Positions 27,917 through 37,706 of a stretch of 64,000 nt of DNA are shown piece after piece. Position 1 is the first letter of the stretch. The number at the start of each line of letters is the position of its first letter. This DNA is from a virus: positions 7,161 through 71,160 of the IMG/VR virus record IMGVR_UViG_3300043607_000045, one strand, 5' to 3'. The notes under the pieces were generated by a model. That model saw nothing but the letters and a program-made list of their open reading frames with translations. It was not told where the DNA came from and did not search any database. The position numbers were made by a program, and so were the translations under genes.

Positions 27917-28582
27917 CTACGCCCGAATGTTATCGAGGTTGGCGAAGCACCGCAGCATCGCGCCGCAGGTGCACTGGATCTGGGTCGGCACGTTGCCGGT
28001 CGCATCCTTCCCGCCGCCCGGGAGATCCTCCTGATAGAAGGACGTCCCACAGCCCTTTTTCCCCTCGACCTCCTGCACGTTGCCGGCGGCATCCTTGACC
28101 CGGATATTCCGGTCGGCGCTGCATTTCCAGGAGAAGCGGATGTCGGCGCCGAAGTCCTTCTTCGCCTGCAGCTTCATCACGTCGATGTACGCCTTGTTGT
28201 TGGCGGGCTTCTGCTGCACCTTGAGCGCGCGCAACAGGTAGTCCATATCGCTGGCGATGATGCTCTTGTCCTTCCCGCGGGAGCGCTCCTCGTTGCTCAT
28301 CCGCACCTCGAAGGGCTCGTTGTTGCTCTTGCCCCCCGGGCTCTGCACGATCACCAGCGGGTGATCCTTGTCGAAGATCGCCCGGATCCGCTGGGGCGGG
28401 GTCTTGGTCGGCGTGTCGTAGACGTCCCAGATCGCGCTGAGATCATCGGGCAGCTTGAACCGGTAGGATCCCGGCTGCGGGGGTTCCCGGAAGCTCCCGA
28501 AGTCCGGGAGGTCGGCCAGCGCCTGGCCTGCGGTTGGCAGCGCCTCGTCTTTCAGTCCCAGATCCTGCAAACTCTTTCCCAT
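27917..28582 (-). CDS. Probable single-stranded DNA-binding protein (OB-like) with C-terminal Cys cluster
   Basis: GAGGAG SD; follows the nuclease and AAA_24 genes; PQPGSYRF N-terminal motif. Confidence 0.55.
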   Translation of the reverse strand: MGKSLQDLGLKDEALPTAGQALADLPDFGSFREPPQPGSYRFKLPDDLSAIWDVYDTPTKTPPQRIRAIFDKDHPLVIVQSPGGKSNNEPFEVRMSNEERSRGKDKSIIASDMDYLLRALKVQQKPANNKAYIDVMKLQAKKDFGADIRFSWKCSADRNIRVKDAAGNVQEVEGKKGCGTSFYQEDLPGGGKDATGNVPTQIQCTCGAMLRCFANLDNIRA

Positions 28583-28754
28583 AAACTCGACTCCTCTACT
28601 GGACGAATGAACGAATGAACGACTCTACGAAAGCGATCCCCCTACGCGGTCACGGTCCACGCCTACGCATCGAGCGTCACCATGCGTCCTGCAGGGGGCA
28701 GCCAGGGGCTGGTCCGGTCCTGCGTCTGGTCCGGCTATTGGCCCCCGCTGATCC
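28583..28754 (-). other. Non-coding, possibly structured leader/ncRNA
   Basis: 172 nt gap in an otherwise coupled operon; ACGCAT/ATGCGT and CCCCCT/AGGGGG complementary pairs; CCGGACCAG twice. Confidence 0.35.
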
Positions 28755-30347
28755 CTACGCGGATCCGGGCACCTTCATCGGCGGCCGCATCCCCGGCGGT
28801 GGTGGGCTCGTGGTGCCGGTGGGGACCGCCGCAGCCGGGACCGGAGCAGCCGGCGACGCCGTCACGGGTGCGGCAGCCACGGGGGCGGGCGCAGCGGCGA
28901 CAGGGGGCACAGCTGGTGGTGCGGACGCTGCGGCGGTCTCCACCGGCGCCATGGTCGCCGGCATCAGCACCGGCGCGCCTTTCCGGGCGCGTGGCCGCGC
29001 GACCATCAGCCCGGGCGCGCCAGCGGCCGCGGGGACGTTGGGCGCGGCGATGGGTGCGGAGGTCGACGGCGCCCCTCCAACTGGCATGGCAGGACCAGCG
29101 GCCGGGACGGGACCTGCAGCCGTGACTGCTGCAGGCAGGGGCGCCGCCGAGCCGTTGGCGGCCGGCTCTACGGTGAACGGCTCGCCATACTCCATGATCT
29201 GGTTGGGGATCCCGGGTGCGCCGGGCAGCTCTTCGAGCAGGCTCCGCCGGAGATCCTCGTCGAGCATCTTGAAGACGGATCCCAGGTTCACCACCGTATA
29301 CGGTTGGTTGGCCTCTTGACTCGGGTCGACCAGCTTGTCGGGGACGCCGGTGGGGCTCGCGCTCGTCTTCAGCAGGTGCCTCCGCCCTTGGGGATCCACG
29401 AACGGCCGCAGATAGAGCGCGAAACACGGTCGGCCCTGATCGTCGTTGATCTTCCCCGTCTCGGCTACATTGCCAAACCACGCGCTGGCCTCGTCGGTCG
29501 CCGCGCGCCCGGGCAGCTTCGCGCCCACGATCGGCAGGCCACCCTCGTCGGTCGCCTCCATCGCCAGCGCGGTGAAGACGGGACCTTCCACCAGGTAGGG
29601 AATGCTCAGGCTGTTGTTGACGAACTGGTGCGCGCGGGTCTGCCCGAAGCCGACGTCGGCGCGGTTGTTGCCGCCGAACTTATGCTGGCCCGAGGTGACC
29701 ACGCCACCGAAGGCGCTCTTCTCGCCGCCGATCAACCCCTCGCCGCGTTGGATGTCCATGTGATCGAGCACGACGTCGCCCATGGAGGTTAAGCCGTCGA
29801 AGCCGACGCCGCCCACGGCCTCAAACCCTTTGGTGCGCGCCGACTCCTCGCGCACTCGTAGCTCGTTCTGCTGCACAAAGGCGCCGCAGGGTGTGCAGAA
29901 CATCGGCGTAATCAGACTGACCGCCGGTACCACACACAGCCCGTGTCCCTTGCTGCAGGTGACGTGATACTTCACGGTGACCGGCGGCACCAGCTGCACC
30001 GCGGGCGAGGTCTCGCCGGTCTCGGCGTTGATCTTGGCCGGCCAGTAGCCGCGGCTCGCCAGATACATGGTCTCCAGCCCGAGCCCGGGGCCCGATCGCG
30101 TGCGGGCGCGCCAGTAGCGGATCAGCCCCTGCTTCATCCGCTTCTGCACGTCGGTGGGGATCGCGCCACCGTCCCAGCTATAGAGTAGCAGCACCTTCTT
30201 GTGCGTCTCCCAGAGGTACTCGGAGAAGCCCTTGAACAGGGTGGTCTTGCCGGATCCCGGGACCCCGATCACCAGGGTCGCGGTAAAGATCCGGTTCATC
30301 ACACGGGCGATCTCGGTCTGGGGATCCGTTGTCGCGGGCTCAGTCAT
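28755..30347 (-). CDS. AAA_24 / Sak4-like P-loop ATPase (recombinase) with Zn-ribbon insert and Pro/Ala tail
   Basis: GVPGSGKTT Walker A; VGFDGLT Walker B; CSKGH...CTPC insert. Confidence 0.8.
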   Translation of the reverse strand: MTEPATTDPQTEIARVMNRIFTATLVIGVPGSGKTTLFKGFSEYLWETHKKVLLLYSWDGGAIPTDVQKRMKQGLIRYWRARTRSGPGLGLETMYLASRGYWPAKINAETGETSPAVQLVPPVTVKYHVTCSKGHGLCVVPAVSLITPMFCTPCGAFVQQNELRVREESARTKGFEAVGGVGFDGLTSMGDVVLDHMDIQRGEGLIGGEKSAFGGVVTSGQHKFGGNNRADVGFGQTRAHQFVNNSLSIPYLVEGPVFTALAMEATDEGGLPIVGAKLPGRAATDEASAWFGNVAETGKINDDQGRPCFALYLRPFVDPQGRRHLLKTSASPTGVPDKLVDPSQEANQPYTVVNLGSVFKMLDEDLRRSLLEELPGAPGIPNQIMEYGEPFTVEPAANGSAAPLPAAVTAAGPVPAAGPAMPVGGAPSTSAPIAAPNVPAAAGAPGLMVARPRARKGAPVLMPATMAPVETAAASAPPAVPPVAAAPAPVAAAPVTASPAAPVPAAAVPTGTTSPPPPGMRPPMKVPGSA

Positions 30348-30531
30348 CGGTGTCCTTCTGCTTCTGGGCGTCCCACACGGCGGAGGGAGGCGCAGTATGT
30401 CTGGTGATGAGGATCTCTGTCAAGTCTTTTGGGGGATCCGCACGGGGATCTTTAATCCGGCGCATCCAGTGGATCTCGATGGTCTCGTCGGTGGAGGCGT
30501 CGACCACGCGGATCCGGCTGGGATCAGTCAC
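30340..30531 (-). CDS. Hypothetical protein
   Basis: GTGA coupling. Confidence 0.5.
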   Translation of the reverse strand: MTDPSRIRVVDASTDETIEIHWMRRIKDPRADPPKDLTEILITRHTAPPSAVWDAQKQKDTDD

Positions 30532-31175
30532 AGCTGCGCCTGCAGTCGGGCGATCAGCTCGTCGACTTCGCTCGCCGAGCACCACTCGCCCGAGGTGATC
30601 TCCTCCGGCCCCTGGCTGAGGATCTGATCCTTGAAGATCTCCAGCGCGGCGATGATGGTCCGCTGCGCCTTGGTGTGCGGGGCCAGCGTCTCGACGGGCG
30701 CCGGCGTCTGCTCGGCCTCCAGGTCGGCCGCGCGCTTGCTCAGGCGCAGCGCGAAGTCGTAGCCTGCGAGGAAGGCGCCCGCCGGATCGGTGAGGTGGTG
30801 CTGCTCGGCCCAGGCGCAGGCGATCGCATAGGCCGGGTGTAGTTCTGCGGGGGTGCCGATGCCGGCCGCCGGTGGGGGATCCCACTGGATCGCGCCGTTG
30901 TCATCCAGCGGCCGCCCGTGCAGCCGGCCACTCCCCGGCCGGCGCTCGACCTCGGGCGGGGGCGGCTGGCCGATATGGCGCCCCGGCTTGCCACTCCCGC
31001 AATGCACACAGCCCAGCGGGATCGGCCCCTCGTTCTGCACCCCGCACGCGGGACACTTCCAGGGCGCGTGCTCGTGCGCTTCCGGCCCGTCGTACTTCCC
31101 TGTGCTAATCTCGCCGCCGGTCGCGCCCATCAACGGCTCGCCGCCGTAGAAGGACCGGGATCCCACTTCAGCCAT
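30528..31175 (-). CDS. RanBP2-type zinc-finger protein
   Basis: WKCPACGVQN...CVHCG. Confidence 0.7.
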   Translation of the reverse strand: MAEVGSRSFYGGEPLMGATGGEISTGKYDGPEAHEHAPWKCPACGVQNEGPIPLGCVHCGSGKPGRHIGQPPPPEVERRPGSGRLHGRPLDDNGAIQWDPPPAAGIGTPAELHPAYAIACAWAEQHHLTDPAGAFLAGYDFALRLSKRAADLEAEQTPAPVETLAPHTKAQRTIIAALEIFKDQILSQGPEEITSGEWCSASEVDELIARLQAQL

Positions 31176-31685
31176 CTAGTCCTCCACCTCGGGCTCCAGC
31201 CCAGCGGCCTGCTCCGCCGTGGCGACCTGCTTCTCGATCTCGCTGGTGGAGTACTCGTGCGTCTCGATGAACTTCGCCACGGCGTCCGAGGCGACATGCT
31301 TGGCCTTCAGTAGCTTGGCGTACTCCGTGTGCTCGGCTGAACTCAGCCGCTTGAAGAGCTTGTCGCTGTACTCGACCGTGTCGGCCTTCTTGTCGGTGAC
31401 GCGCCGGTACAGCACTACCCGATTGCGCGCATGGATCCCGGTGATCAGCACGTCGATCGTCTGTCCGTCGCCCTCTTGGTTCCACTTCCGGCTCTTGACC
31501 ACGGTCGCCAGCAGCGCCAGCTTCACGGTTTTCTTGCGCTGACTCCGCGCGATCTTCTGTTTTAGCTTCTCCAGGGTATCGGCCTTGATCCGCTCCCCGT
31601 CGATCGTCGTGGAGAAGTCGCCCGAGGTCTCCTGCAGCTCGATGGGGTACTTGACGCCGTCGTGCTCGTAGGTGCTGATCCTCAT
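31176..31685 (-). CDS. Hypothetical protein
   Basis: ATGA-coupled start MRISTYEHDG; strong codon bias. Confidence 0.75.
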   Translation of the reverse strand: MRISTYEHDGVKYPIELQETSGDFSTTIDGERIKADTLEKLKQKIARSQRKKTVKLALLATVVKSRKWNQEGDGQTIDVLITGIHARNRVVLYRRVTDKKADTVEYSDKLFKRLSSAEHTEYAKLLKAKHVASDAVAKFIETHEYSTSEIEKQVATAEQAAGLEPEVED

Positions 31686-33094
31686 TCGACTTCTCCCTCT
31701 GACTCCGCGGCCTCTTCCGTGAGCAGCCCTCGCGCCACCGCCTGATCCAGCTCGGTGGTGTGGTGCGGCCGCCTCGGCACGTACTGCCCGGATCCCAGGG
31801 GATCCTGCCAGCCCTCCTCTTTGTGGCAGATCCCATACATCTCGCACTGATGGTCTCTGCCAAACGGCCGGCAATTCCAGCTCTGGGGGATCAGCGTATC
31901 CAGGATGGTCTGAAACTCGGGGCTCTCCCATTTGTGCTGCTGCTGCGCCTCGTAGAGCGTCCAGAGCGTCTGCTGCCAGCGATCCTCTTCGCCGATCATG
32001 CTGGTCCGCACGCTGGCGATCTGGTGATCCTGCCGGTTCATCGGCCCGAGCAAAAAGCAGACCTTCTCGATCACGCTGGTCGGCAGCATCCGGACCCAGA
32101 ACTCCTCGGGCGTGAGCTGGGGATCCTGCTGGTGGTAGGCGGTCCAGGTGGTGAAGTCGCCGTCGCCGATCTCCCAAACGCCCGCCCGCTTGTGCGCCCG
32201 GCTCGCCCGCTTCAGCTCGCCGTTGTCGTCGATCCACTCGTAGGCCGGCAGCCAGTCGTCCCCGATCAGGGGCGGATTCCCCGGCCGCTTGTAGCCGTAG
32301 CACAACGCGCTCAGCTGCTTGCGCCGCCCCTCCGGGTCGTTCTTGTCCCGGCGCCGCGCCCCCTTCTGCAGCCCGATGATGTACAGCTCGGTGACCTCGG
32401 CCCCCCACTGCTTGACCGCATCCAGGGTGCCGAGCCCCAGCTGGGGATCGCTCTCCCACTGGTCGGTCCAGGCGTCGCTCTCCCATCCCGTCGTCTTCAC
32501 CTCGAAGTACGCGCAGGTGGTCGCGCCCCTGCGCTGGGCCACGATGTCGTTGCGCAGCATGAGGAACTTCCCGTAGCACCCCCGCGCCATGTGCTCGACG
32601 GCCGGCAGCGGCCCCGCCCCACAAGTGCAGGTCAGCAGATGGAGGCGTTCCAGCTCGCAGCTCAGGAGTCGATAGCTCGTGTGTAGCCAGGGGAGGAACT
32701 TCAGCCGCAGCGCCCACAGCAGCCCGCTGATGAGCGCCTTCTGCTCGATGATGGTCTCGGCGGTGTGCTCACCGCCCAGGATGCCCAAAAACCCCTTGGC
32801 CTCGACGCGCGCCACGTAGCTGGCGCAGGTCTCGGCGACGATCGCCCGGGTCTCCTCCAGGGTGGGCAGGCGGTCGTGCAGCCGCAGGATCTCCCCGAAC
32901 AGGAAGACCCCCTCGTGCACGTAGATCCCGGTCGCTAGGGGGAGCGAGTCGTTGCGGTTGGTGATGCCGTAGCCGGTGGGGCCCCAGTGATAGCCGAGGT
33001 AGCGCTGCCGGCCGCAGCGTCCCGTGCCGAGCTTGTAGCGCGATCGGTCGAGCAGCCAGAGCGTGGTCGGGGTCGGGGTCGCCGACGTGGTCAT
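31682..33094 (-). CDS. PD-(D/E)XK exonuclease (Cas4/RecB-like, Fe-S Cys pattern)
   Basis: C..RYL, GIYVH, RND...FEVKT, Q, C-terminal C...C...C. Confidence 0.82.
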   Translation of the reverse strand: MTTSATPTPTTLWLLDRSRYKLGTGRCGRQRYLGYHWGPTGYGITNRNDSLPLATGIYVHEGVFLFGEILRLHDRLPTLEETRAIVAETCASYVARVEAKGFLGILGGEHTAETIIEQKALISGLLWALRLKFLPWLHTSYRLLSCELERLHLLTCTCGAGPLPAVEHMARGCYGKFLMLRNDIVAQRRGATTCAYFEVKTTGWESDAWTDQWESDPQLGLGTLDAVKQWGAEVTELYIIGLQKGARRRDKNDPEGRRKQLSALCYGYKRPGNPPLIGDDWLPAYEWIDDNGELKRASRAHKRAGVWEIGDGDFTTWTAYHQQDPQLTPEEFWVRMLPTSVIEKVCFLLGPMNRQDHQIASVRTSMIGEEDRWQQTLWTLYEAQQQHKWESPEFQTILDTLIPQSWNCRPFGRDHQCEMYGICHKEEGWQDPLGSGQYVPRRPHHTTELDQAVARGLLTEEAAESEGEVE

Positions 33095-33161
33095 CTGGGG
33101 CCTCTCTGGGTGTCTGGGTGCGTCTGGAGCTTCTCTGTCTGCCGGCGCCATTGGGCGCTGC

Positions 33162-33449
33162 CTACGGTGGCCCGAGCGCCTCCAGGGCCGTCTGCAGCTC
33201 GCGGGGGCCGATTCTGGCGGCCGCCTCGAAAAATGCGCGCATGGCCTCGCGCAGCGCGATCGCCTCCGCCATCGTCTGGCAGTCCACCGTCCAGCTCACC
33301 CCGGCCCACATGCGGTGCTGACCGAGGGTCCGGCGGAAGATGCTCGGTTGCACGCGGATCCGGATGGTCTCCCCCGCCTTGCGCTCGGTGTCCGCGTCCT
33401 GCAGGGGCTCGTCAATGTGGTCGACGTCGGCGCTATAGCTCATCTGCAT
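33162..33449 (-). CDS. Hypothetical protein, first gene of the leftward arm
   Basis: Lies just behind a TTGACA promoter. Confidence 0.6.
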   Translation of the reverse strand: MQMSYSADVDHIDEPLQDADTERKAGETIRIRVQPSIFRRTLGQHRMWAGVSWTVDCQTMAEAIALREAMRAFFEAAARIGPRELQTALEALGPP

Positions 33450-33461
33450 GATCGGCCCATA

Positions 33462-33490
33462 CTTCTATCACACGGTGTTAATGATGTCAA
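33462..33490 (-). promoter_or_regulatory. Sigma70-type promoter for the leftward replication arm
   Basis: TTGACA-17 nt-TAGAAG. Confidence 0.65.
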
Positions 33491-33580
33491 GCTAGGAAGG
33501 CTCGGCTGTAGTGTTCCACATGGAACATTCGAGGCGCACGTCATCCGCTGGAAGCGCAGTAGAACGCTACAGGGTGGGGC

Positions 33581-33610
33581 TTGCGTGGGGAGGAGCGGGG
33601 GGTATATAAC
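33581..33610 (+). promoter_or_regulatory. Possible promoter for the RepA-like gene
   Basis: TTGCGT followed by TATATA/TATAAC at 16-18 nt. Confidence 0.35.
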
Positions 33611-33697
33611 CGGTCTTTCGCAGGAAGCGTGGGACGGTGCCACCCGGCCAGAGTGCACCGCCCCTAGACCCGTCACAGGTGAAGCAGGAGCTACTTC

Positions 33698-34651
33698 ATG
33701 CCCGACAGTCTCACCGAAGCCCCGCCCTCCTGTCAAGTCCCCTACGCCGACCCCCTCCCCGGCATCCTGGCCGTGGGCGCGATCGCGCTGCTGGCCGGCG
33801 CGCCCAACGTCGGCAAAACCGCACTGCTCGCCGGCCTGCTCCGCGACTTGCGCGACGGCCGGCCCATCTACGGCCGCCAGCCCAACCCGGTCGCCGCCAT
33901 CGGGTACATCAACGCCGATCGGGGCTGGGTGAAGGGCTCGGGCATCTGGTTCGAGCGCGTCGGCTACTCCGACATTCGCCAGTACACCATGAGCGACGAT
34001 GACGCCTTCAACCCCAAACGCCTCCGCAAAAAGCACGAGCGCACCGACATCCTGGCCGGCTTCATCGACAGCCTGCAGCTCCCGCCCTACTCGCTCATCT
34101 GCGTCGACCCGATCGCCCTCTTCCTCGGGGGGAACCTCCTCAGCTATGACGATTGCGCCGTCGCCTGCCACGAGATCCGCGCCTACCTCCGCCTGAAGCA
34201 ATACACGATGCTCTGCACCGCCCACTCGGCCAAGATCAAGGCCGACAAAAAGGAACGGTACCTCCGCCTGCAGGATCAGGTGCTCGGGTCGACGGCGATC
34301 TCGGGCTTCTCCGACACGATGATGTACCTGGCCTCCCCGCAAGAAACCGGGAAACCCTATTTCACGTTCCTCTGGCATCCCCACTCGGCCCCCGCGGAGG
34401 AGTTCTCCCTCGAACAAGACAATCAGGGCCTGTTCCAACCCTACTCCGGGAACGACTCGGCCAACCAATCCCGCGTGCTCGTCCTCCTGCCCACCGACGG
34501 GATGCCGATCGCCTTCGGGGTGATCGTCGAGCTGGCGCAGCAGTACCCCCTCAGCCGGGCCACGGTCGCCCGCATCTTGGACGGCTTGGTCGAGGAGGAG
34601 CGCGTCGAGAAGGTCGAGCGTGGCGTGTACAAGCTCGTACAGGTACACTGA
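33698..34651 (+). CDS. RepA-like (AAA_25, SF4-type) helicase with C-terminal winged HTH
   Basis: GAPNVGKT, ICVDP, AHSAK, LGSTAISG; SRATVARIL...VEKVERGVY wHTH; AGGAG SD. Confidence 0.85.
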   Translation: MPDSLTEAPPSCQVPYADPLPGILAVGAIALLAGAPNVGKTALLAGLLRDLRDGRPIYGRQPNPVAAIGYINADRGWVKGSGIWFERVGYSDIRQYTMSDDDAFNPKRLRKKHERTDILAGFIDSLQLPPYSLICVDPIALFLGGNLLSYDDCAVACHEIRAYLRLKQYTMLCTAHSAKIKADKKERYLRLQDQVLGSTAISGFSDTMMYLASPQETGKPYFTFLWHPHSAPAEEFSLEQDNQGLFQPYSGNDSANQSRVLVLLPTDGMPIAFGVIVELAQQYPLSRATVARILDGLVEEERVEKVERGVYKLVQVH

Positions 34652-34680
34652 ACCCGCTGAGCTAGACCCCGCCGGCCCCC

Positions 34681-34873
34681 TTCTATATATACAAAGGATC
34701 TGTGAGACGATGGGGCACTTTTCCCTGCAGTTTCTAGCACTTACAATCGTCTCACGCCTTTTTCGGGCCTGATACGATGAGACGTGATCCGCCCCTACTG
34801 TGTGAGATGTGAGACTCGCACTGAGACGACTTATCATCCTTGCTCTCAGTCGATTAGGTGCCATCGTCTCACA
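34681..34873. repeat. Candidate replication origin with TGAGAC iterons and a 13 bp inverted repeat
   Basis: TGTGAGACGATGG 34701-34713 and CCATCGTCTCACA 34861-34873; further copies at 34746, 34778, 34808 and 34822; AT-rich TTCTATATATACAAA at 34681. Confidence 0.7.
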
Positions 34874-34893
34874 AATACGCGCGCACGCGAGGG

Positions 34894-35514
34894 TCATTCT
34901 TCTTCTCCCCCTCTACCTGGCTTTTCCTGCTGAGCTTTGATCAGTGCCTTGTTCTCCGCGGTGAGCCGGGCGATCTCCGCCTCTAAGGTCAGCCGCTCGG
35001 GACCGGCCGGCAGCTGCTCCTCCGACCCATGGACGGGACACCGCGCGTTGATCCGCCCGCCCTCACAGGTACACTCCCCCTCGACCAGGATGTTGACCGA
35101 GTCGCTGCCACTCAGGGGCTTGTCGACCATGTAGGCGATCGTGCTGGTCTGGCGCAGCGCGAGCAGCTGGGGCCAGGTCGGCTGGGTGTCGTACGGCTGT
35201 CTGGCCTGCGTTCGCTCCCCCACCGGGTACAGGAGCAACCCGACGCCCCAGCGCCGCTTGCACCGCGGGCACGTCAAGCGCTGGGTGAGGGGGTTGTACA
35301 TCGCGACCGCCGTCTTGCGGTTCGCTGGCTGGCGGCCGCTCCGCCGCGGGTGGGCCTTGACGCTCTTGGCCTCGGCCCGGCGGACCTGCCCGACCGGGGT
35401 CATCCCGAAGTACGCCCGCAGCAGCTCGCCGCAGCGCGGACACTCGCAGTGGAAGCGATCGACCCGTCCGAAGATCCGGAGCGCGCCGTCGGGCAGATGG
35501 GGCAGGCGGGGCAT
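34894..35514 (-). CDS. Cys-rich zinc-binding protein with C-terminal coiled coil
   Basis: CPRC twice, CTC...CPVH; TGATG coupling. Confidence 0.7.
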   Translation of the reverse strand: MPRLPHLPDGALRIFGRVDRFHCECPRCGELLRAYFGMTPVGQVRRAEAKSVKAHPRRSGRQPANRKTAVAMYNPLTQRLTCPRCKRRWGVGLLLYPVGERTQARQPYDTQPTWPQLLALRQTSTIAYMVDKPLSGSDSVNILVEGECTCEGGRINARCPVHGSEEQLPAGPERLTLEAEIARLTAENKALIKAQQEKPGRGGEEE

Positions 35515-35747
35515 CAGGCGCCGACACACAGCAGCAGGTCGTGGTACGGCCCGCGGATCTGGGTGAAGTGCACCAGGTGCGCCCCCTTGATCAGCGCGAC
35601 CTGTGCCTCGGTGAGCTGGTACACGCCGCCCGGGTGCGTCGATCGCTTGAGGGACCAGTACCCTTGCGGCCGCCCATAGCCCGCGTCGGTGAGGATCTCC
35701 AGGGCGGACGATCGCGCCCGGTGTGAGGTGAAGCGGATGTAGGGCAC
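35514..35747 (-). CDS. Hypothetical early protein
   Basis: TAGTG coupling. Confidence 0.6.
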   Translation of the reverse strand: MPYIRFTSHRARSSALEILTDAGYGRPQGYWSLKRSTHPGGVYQLTEAQVALIKGAHLVHFTQIRGPYHDLLLCVGA

Positions 35748-35920
35748 TAGGATCCCACCTTCTGCTTGAGCGCCGCGATCGCGCAGATCAGCCCGCAGCA
35801 CTCGATCGGCTTGGTGAAGGTCGGCAGCTGGATCGTGATGGTGTACCAGCCAGCCGGCGGTAGGCCGAACTCGTTCAGCTCGGCGACCTCTTTGCAGGTG
35901 TCACACCGTACCACCCTCAT
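35747..35920 (-). CDS. Small zinc-finger protein
   Basis: CDTC...CCGLIC; ATGA coupling. Confidence 0.65.
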   Translation of the reverse strand: MRVVRCDTCKEVAELNEFGLPPAGWYTITIQLPTFTKPIECCGLICAIAALKQKVGS

Positions 35921-36186
35921 CGCGGATCCCCCACGATGTAATCCGCCCGGCTGATGACACTGTTGATCACCCGTCGGTGGATCACCCAGACAAAGCCTTC
36001 CTCCCGGGATCCCGTGCTGTACCGATCCTGGTACGGTCTGGGCGTGTAGTAGTTCGCATGGGTCACGTCGGTCAGCAGCGCACCCGTCCCCGCGGCCGTC
36101 TCGGTGTAGTCGCGCCAGAGCGCCGCCCACTTCGCCCGGATCCCATCCCCCCAGGCGTCCGGCTTGCCGTTGATCGTGGTGTGCAT
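35917..36186 (-). CDS. Hypothetical early protein
   Basis: TAATG coupling. Confidence 0.6.
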   Translation of the reverse strand: MHTTINGKPDAWGDGIRAKWAALWRDYTETAAGTGALLTDVTHANYYTPRPYQDRYSTGSREEGFVWVIHRRVINSVISRADYIVGDPR

Positions 36187-36356
36187 TACGCTTGATCCCC
36201 CTTCCGTGCGGGTACGACCTTCCCCGTCATGGCCGACAGCGCGACCCCCGCGCCATCCGGCAGCCCGTCGCGCTTGAGCCGGCGCTCGACGATCTCGACC
36301 GCCTCGTGCAGCGTGTCGGTCGATAGCTGCAGGGTAACCGTTAGCTCGAAGGTCAC
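36186..36356 (-). CDS. Hypothetical early protein
   Basis: GTGA coupling. Confidence 0.5.
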   Translation of the reverse strand: MTFELTVTLQLSTDTLHEAVEIVERRLKRDGLPDGAGVALSAMTGKVVPARKGDQA

Positions 36357-37135
36357 GACAACGGCCCGTCTAGCGCCTTGACGACGTCGGCCCACCGCTG
36401 ATCGATCGGATCGGGCTCCTGCACCACAGGCACCGACTTGTGCAGCGCCTCCAGGATCTTGAGCGCCGCCGGGAGATCCACCGTGAACGGCTCGAACCGT
36501 ACCGAGGTGTCCGAGTCGACGCGCACGGTATAGCCATGGCTCCGCGCGCTCAGGTAGATCACGCTATCGCCGCTGTTGGGGCTCAGCCGGGATCCCGGCT
36601 CCGCTGCCAGGATCGCGCGCACCGTCGCCTGCTGCGCCTGCTGCGCTTTGTCGGCCAGGTCGATCAACCTTGTTGCCTCCGCGTGCAGCCGCTCGCCATC
36701 CTTGAGCACCAGCCGGCGCATGATGTCGGCCGCAATCACCGCCGCCGGCTTGCTCGCGTCAACCGTGATCTCGGTGACCGGATCCTTCTCGCCGTAGGGC
36801 GCCCGGATCACTCTGGGGCTGTGCTTCGCATCGGTCGGCCAGACCAGCCCGATCGCGATCCGCGGCCCGTTGCGCTTGTCGGCCTTGCGCCACGCCTCCG
36901 GCCAATCGAGCGACAGCCGCAGATCATCGGGGAACTGGCGCCGCAGTCGCCAGCAGTGCCACTCCTCCGGGGATCCGCTCGCATCCTCCAGGACCCACCG
37001 CCCACCGCCCACCGCCGGCAGCTCCACCAGCTTCTGTGCCTCGCTCGCCGTCCAGGGTCCCGCGTTCAGTGCCGCGCAGATCTGGCGCGCCTGCAGCTCG
37101 ATCGCCGGCCAGCTCTCCCGATTATGGCTGCTCAT
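36353..37135 (-). CDS. Hypothetical early protein
   Basis: GGAGG SD; 260 aa with codon bias. Confidence 0.75.
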   Translation of the reverse strand: MSSHNRESWPAIELQARQICAALNAGPWTASEAQKLVELPAVGGGRWVLEDASGSPEEWHCWRLRRQFPDDLRLSLDWPEAWRKADKRNGPRIAIGLVWPTDAKHSPRVIRAPYGEKDPVTEITVDASKPAAVIAADIMRRLVLKDGERLHAEATRLIDLADKAQQAQQATVRAILAAEPGSRLSPNSGDSVIYLSARSHGYTVRVDSDTSVRFEPFTVDLPAALKILEALHKSVPVVQEPDPIDQRWADVVKALDGPLS

Positions 37136-37413
37136 ACTGATCCCCTCCGTGTTAGTAGTCTCGCCTCGTCGATCAAATCCGCGATCGCCTGAAACCCGGG
37201 ATCGTAGCCCGTGCCGGCCAGCTTCTCGACCAGGGCGATCGCGGGTCCGCTCTGCCGGATCTGCTGCAGCGCGGCCGCCTTCTCCTCCTCGCTGACCGCC
37301 ATCACCGCGCCTCGCTTCTGGGCATACCCGGCCCAGGCTACCCGGCGCAGTGGGCGATCGCCATGCGGATCCCCTTCGATACAGATCTCCATCCCGTCGA
37401 TCGTTAGCTGCAT
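37132..37413 (-). CDS. Hypothetical early protein
   Basis: GAGGGG SD ahead of MQLTIDG. Confidence 0.6.
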   Translation of the reverse strand: MQLTIDGMEICIEGDPHGDRPLRRVAWAGYAQKRGAVMAVSEEEKAAALQQIRQSGPAIALVEKLAGTGYDPGFQAIADLIDEARLLTRRGSV

Positions 37414-37577
37414 GATCCCCTCTTGCGCGCCGCTCTGGGCGACTGGCGATCGCTCGCCGGCCGATCGCCCCGTCCGCCGCAGCCTTGACAGTTGTTGATC
37501 TTCCACACCTTGACGCCGTTGCGCTGGGCTCGCCATCCGCCCCGATACCCCATCCCTAAGCAGCTCTCGCACCGCAC
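37404..37577 (-). CDS. Small DnaJ-type CxxCxGxG zinc-finger protein
   Basis: CESCLGMG...CQGCGGRG; start could be 37646. Confidence 0.55.
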   Translation of the reverse strand: MRCESCLGMGYRGGWRAQRNGVKVWKINNCQGCGGRGDRPASDRQSPRAARKRGSCS

Positions 37578-37706
37578 CCGATCCCCCTCGCCGCGCGCCT
37601 CGCTCCGCATCCGCTCAGCGCTTCGCAGCCCTAGTCCTAACTTCACCTGATCCCCCTCTGCACCTAGCGGTACTGGTACGTACTCCCCTCGCGATCGCGC
37701 GCCGGC

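Noticed and set aside
28583-28754. tRNA in the intergenic gap
   Set aside because: No TTC T-loop, D-arm or acceptor stem found
31682-33094. Cas4-like nuclease as evidence of a CRISPR system
   Set aside because: No repeat-spacer array or other cas gene seen; its context with AAA_24 and SSB fits phage recombination
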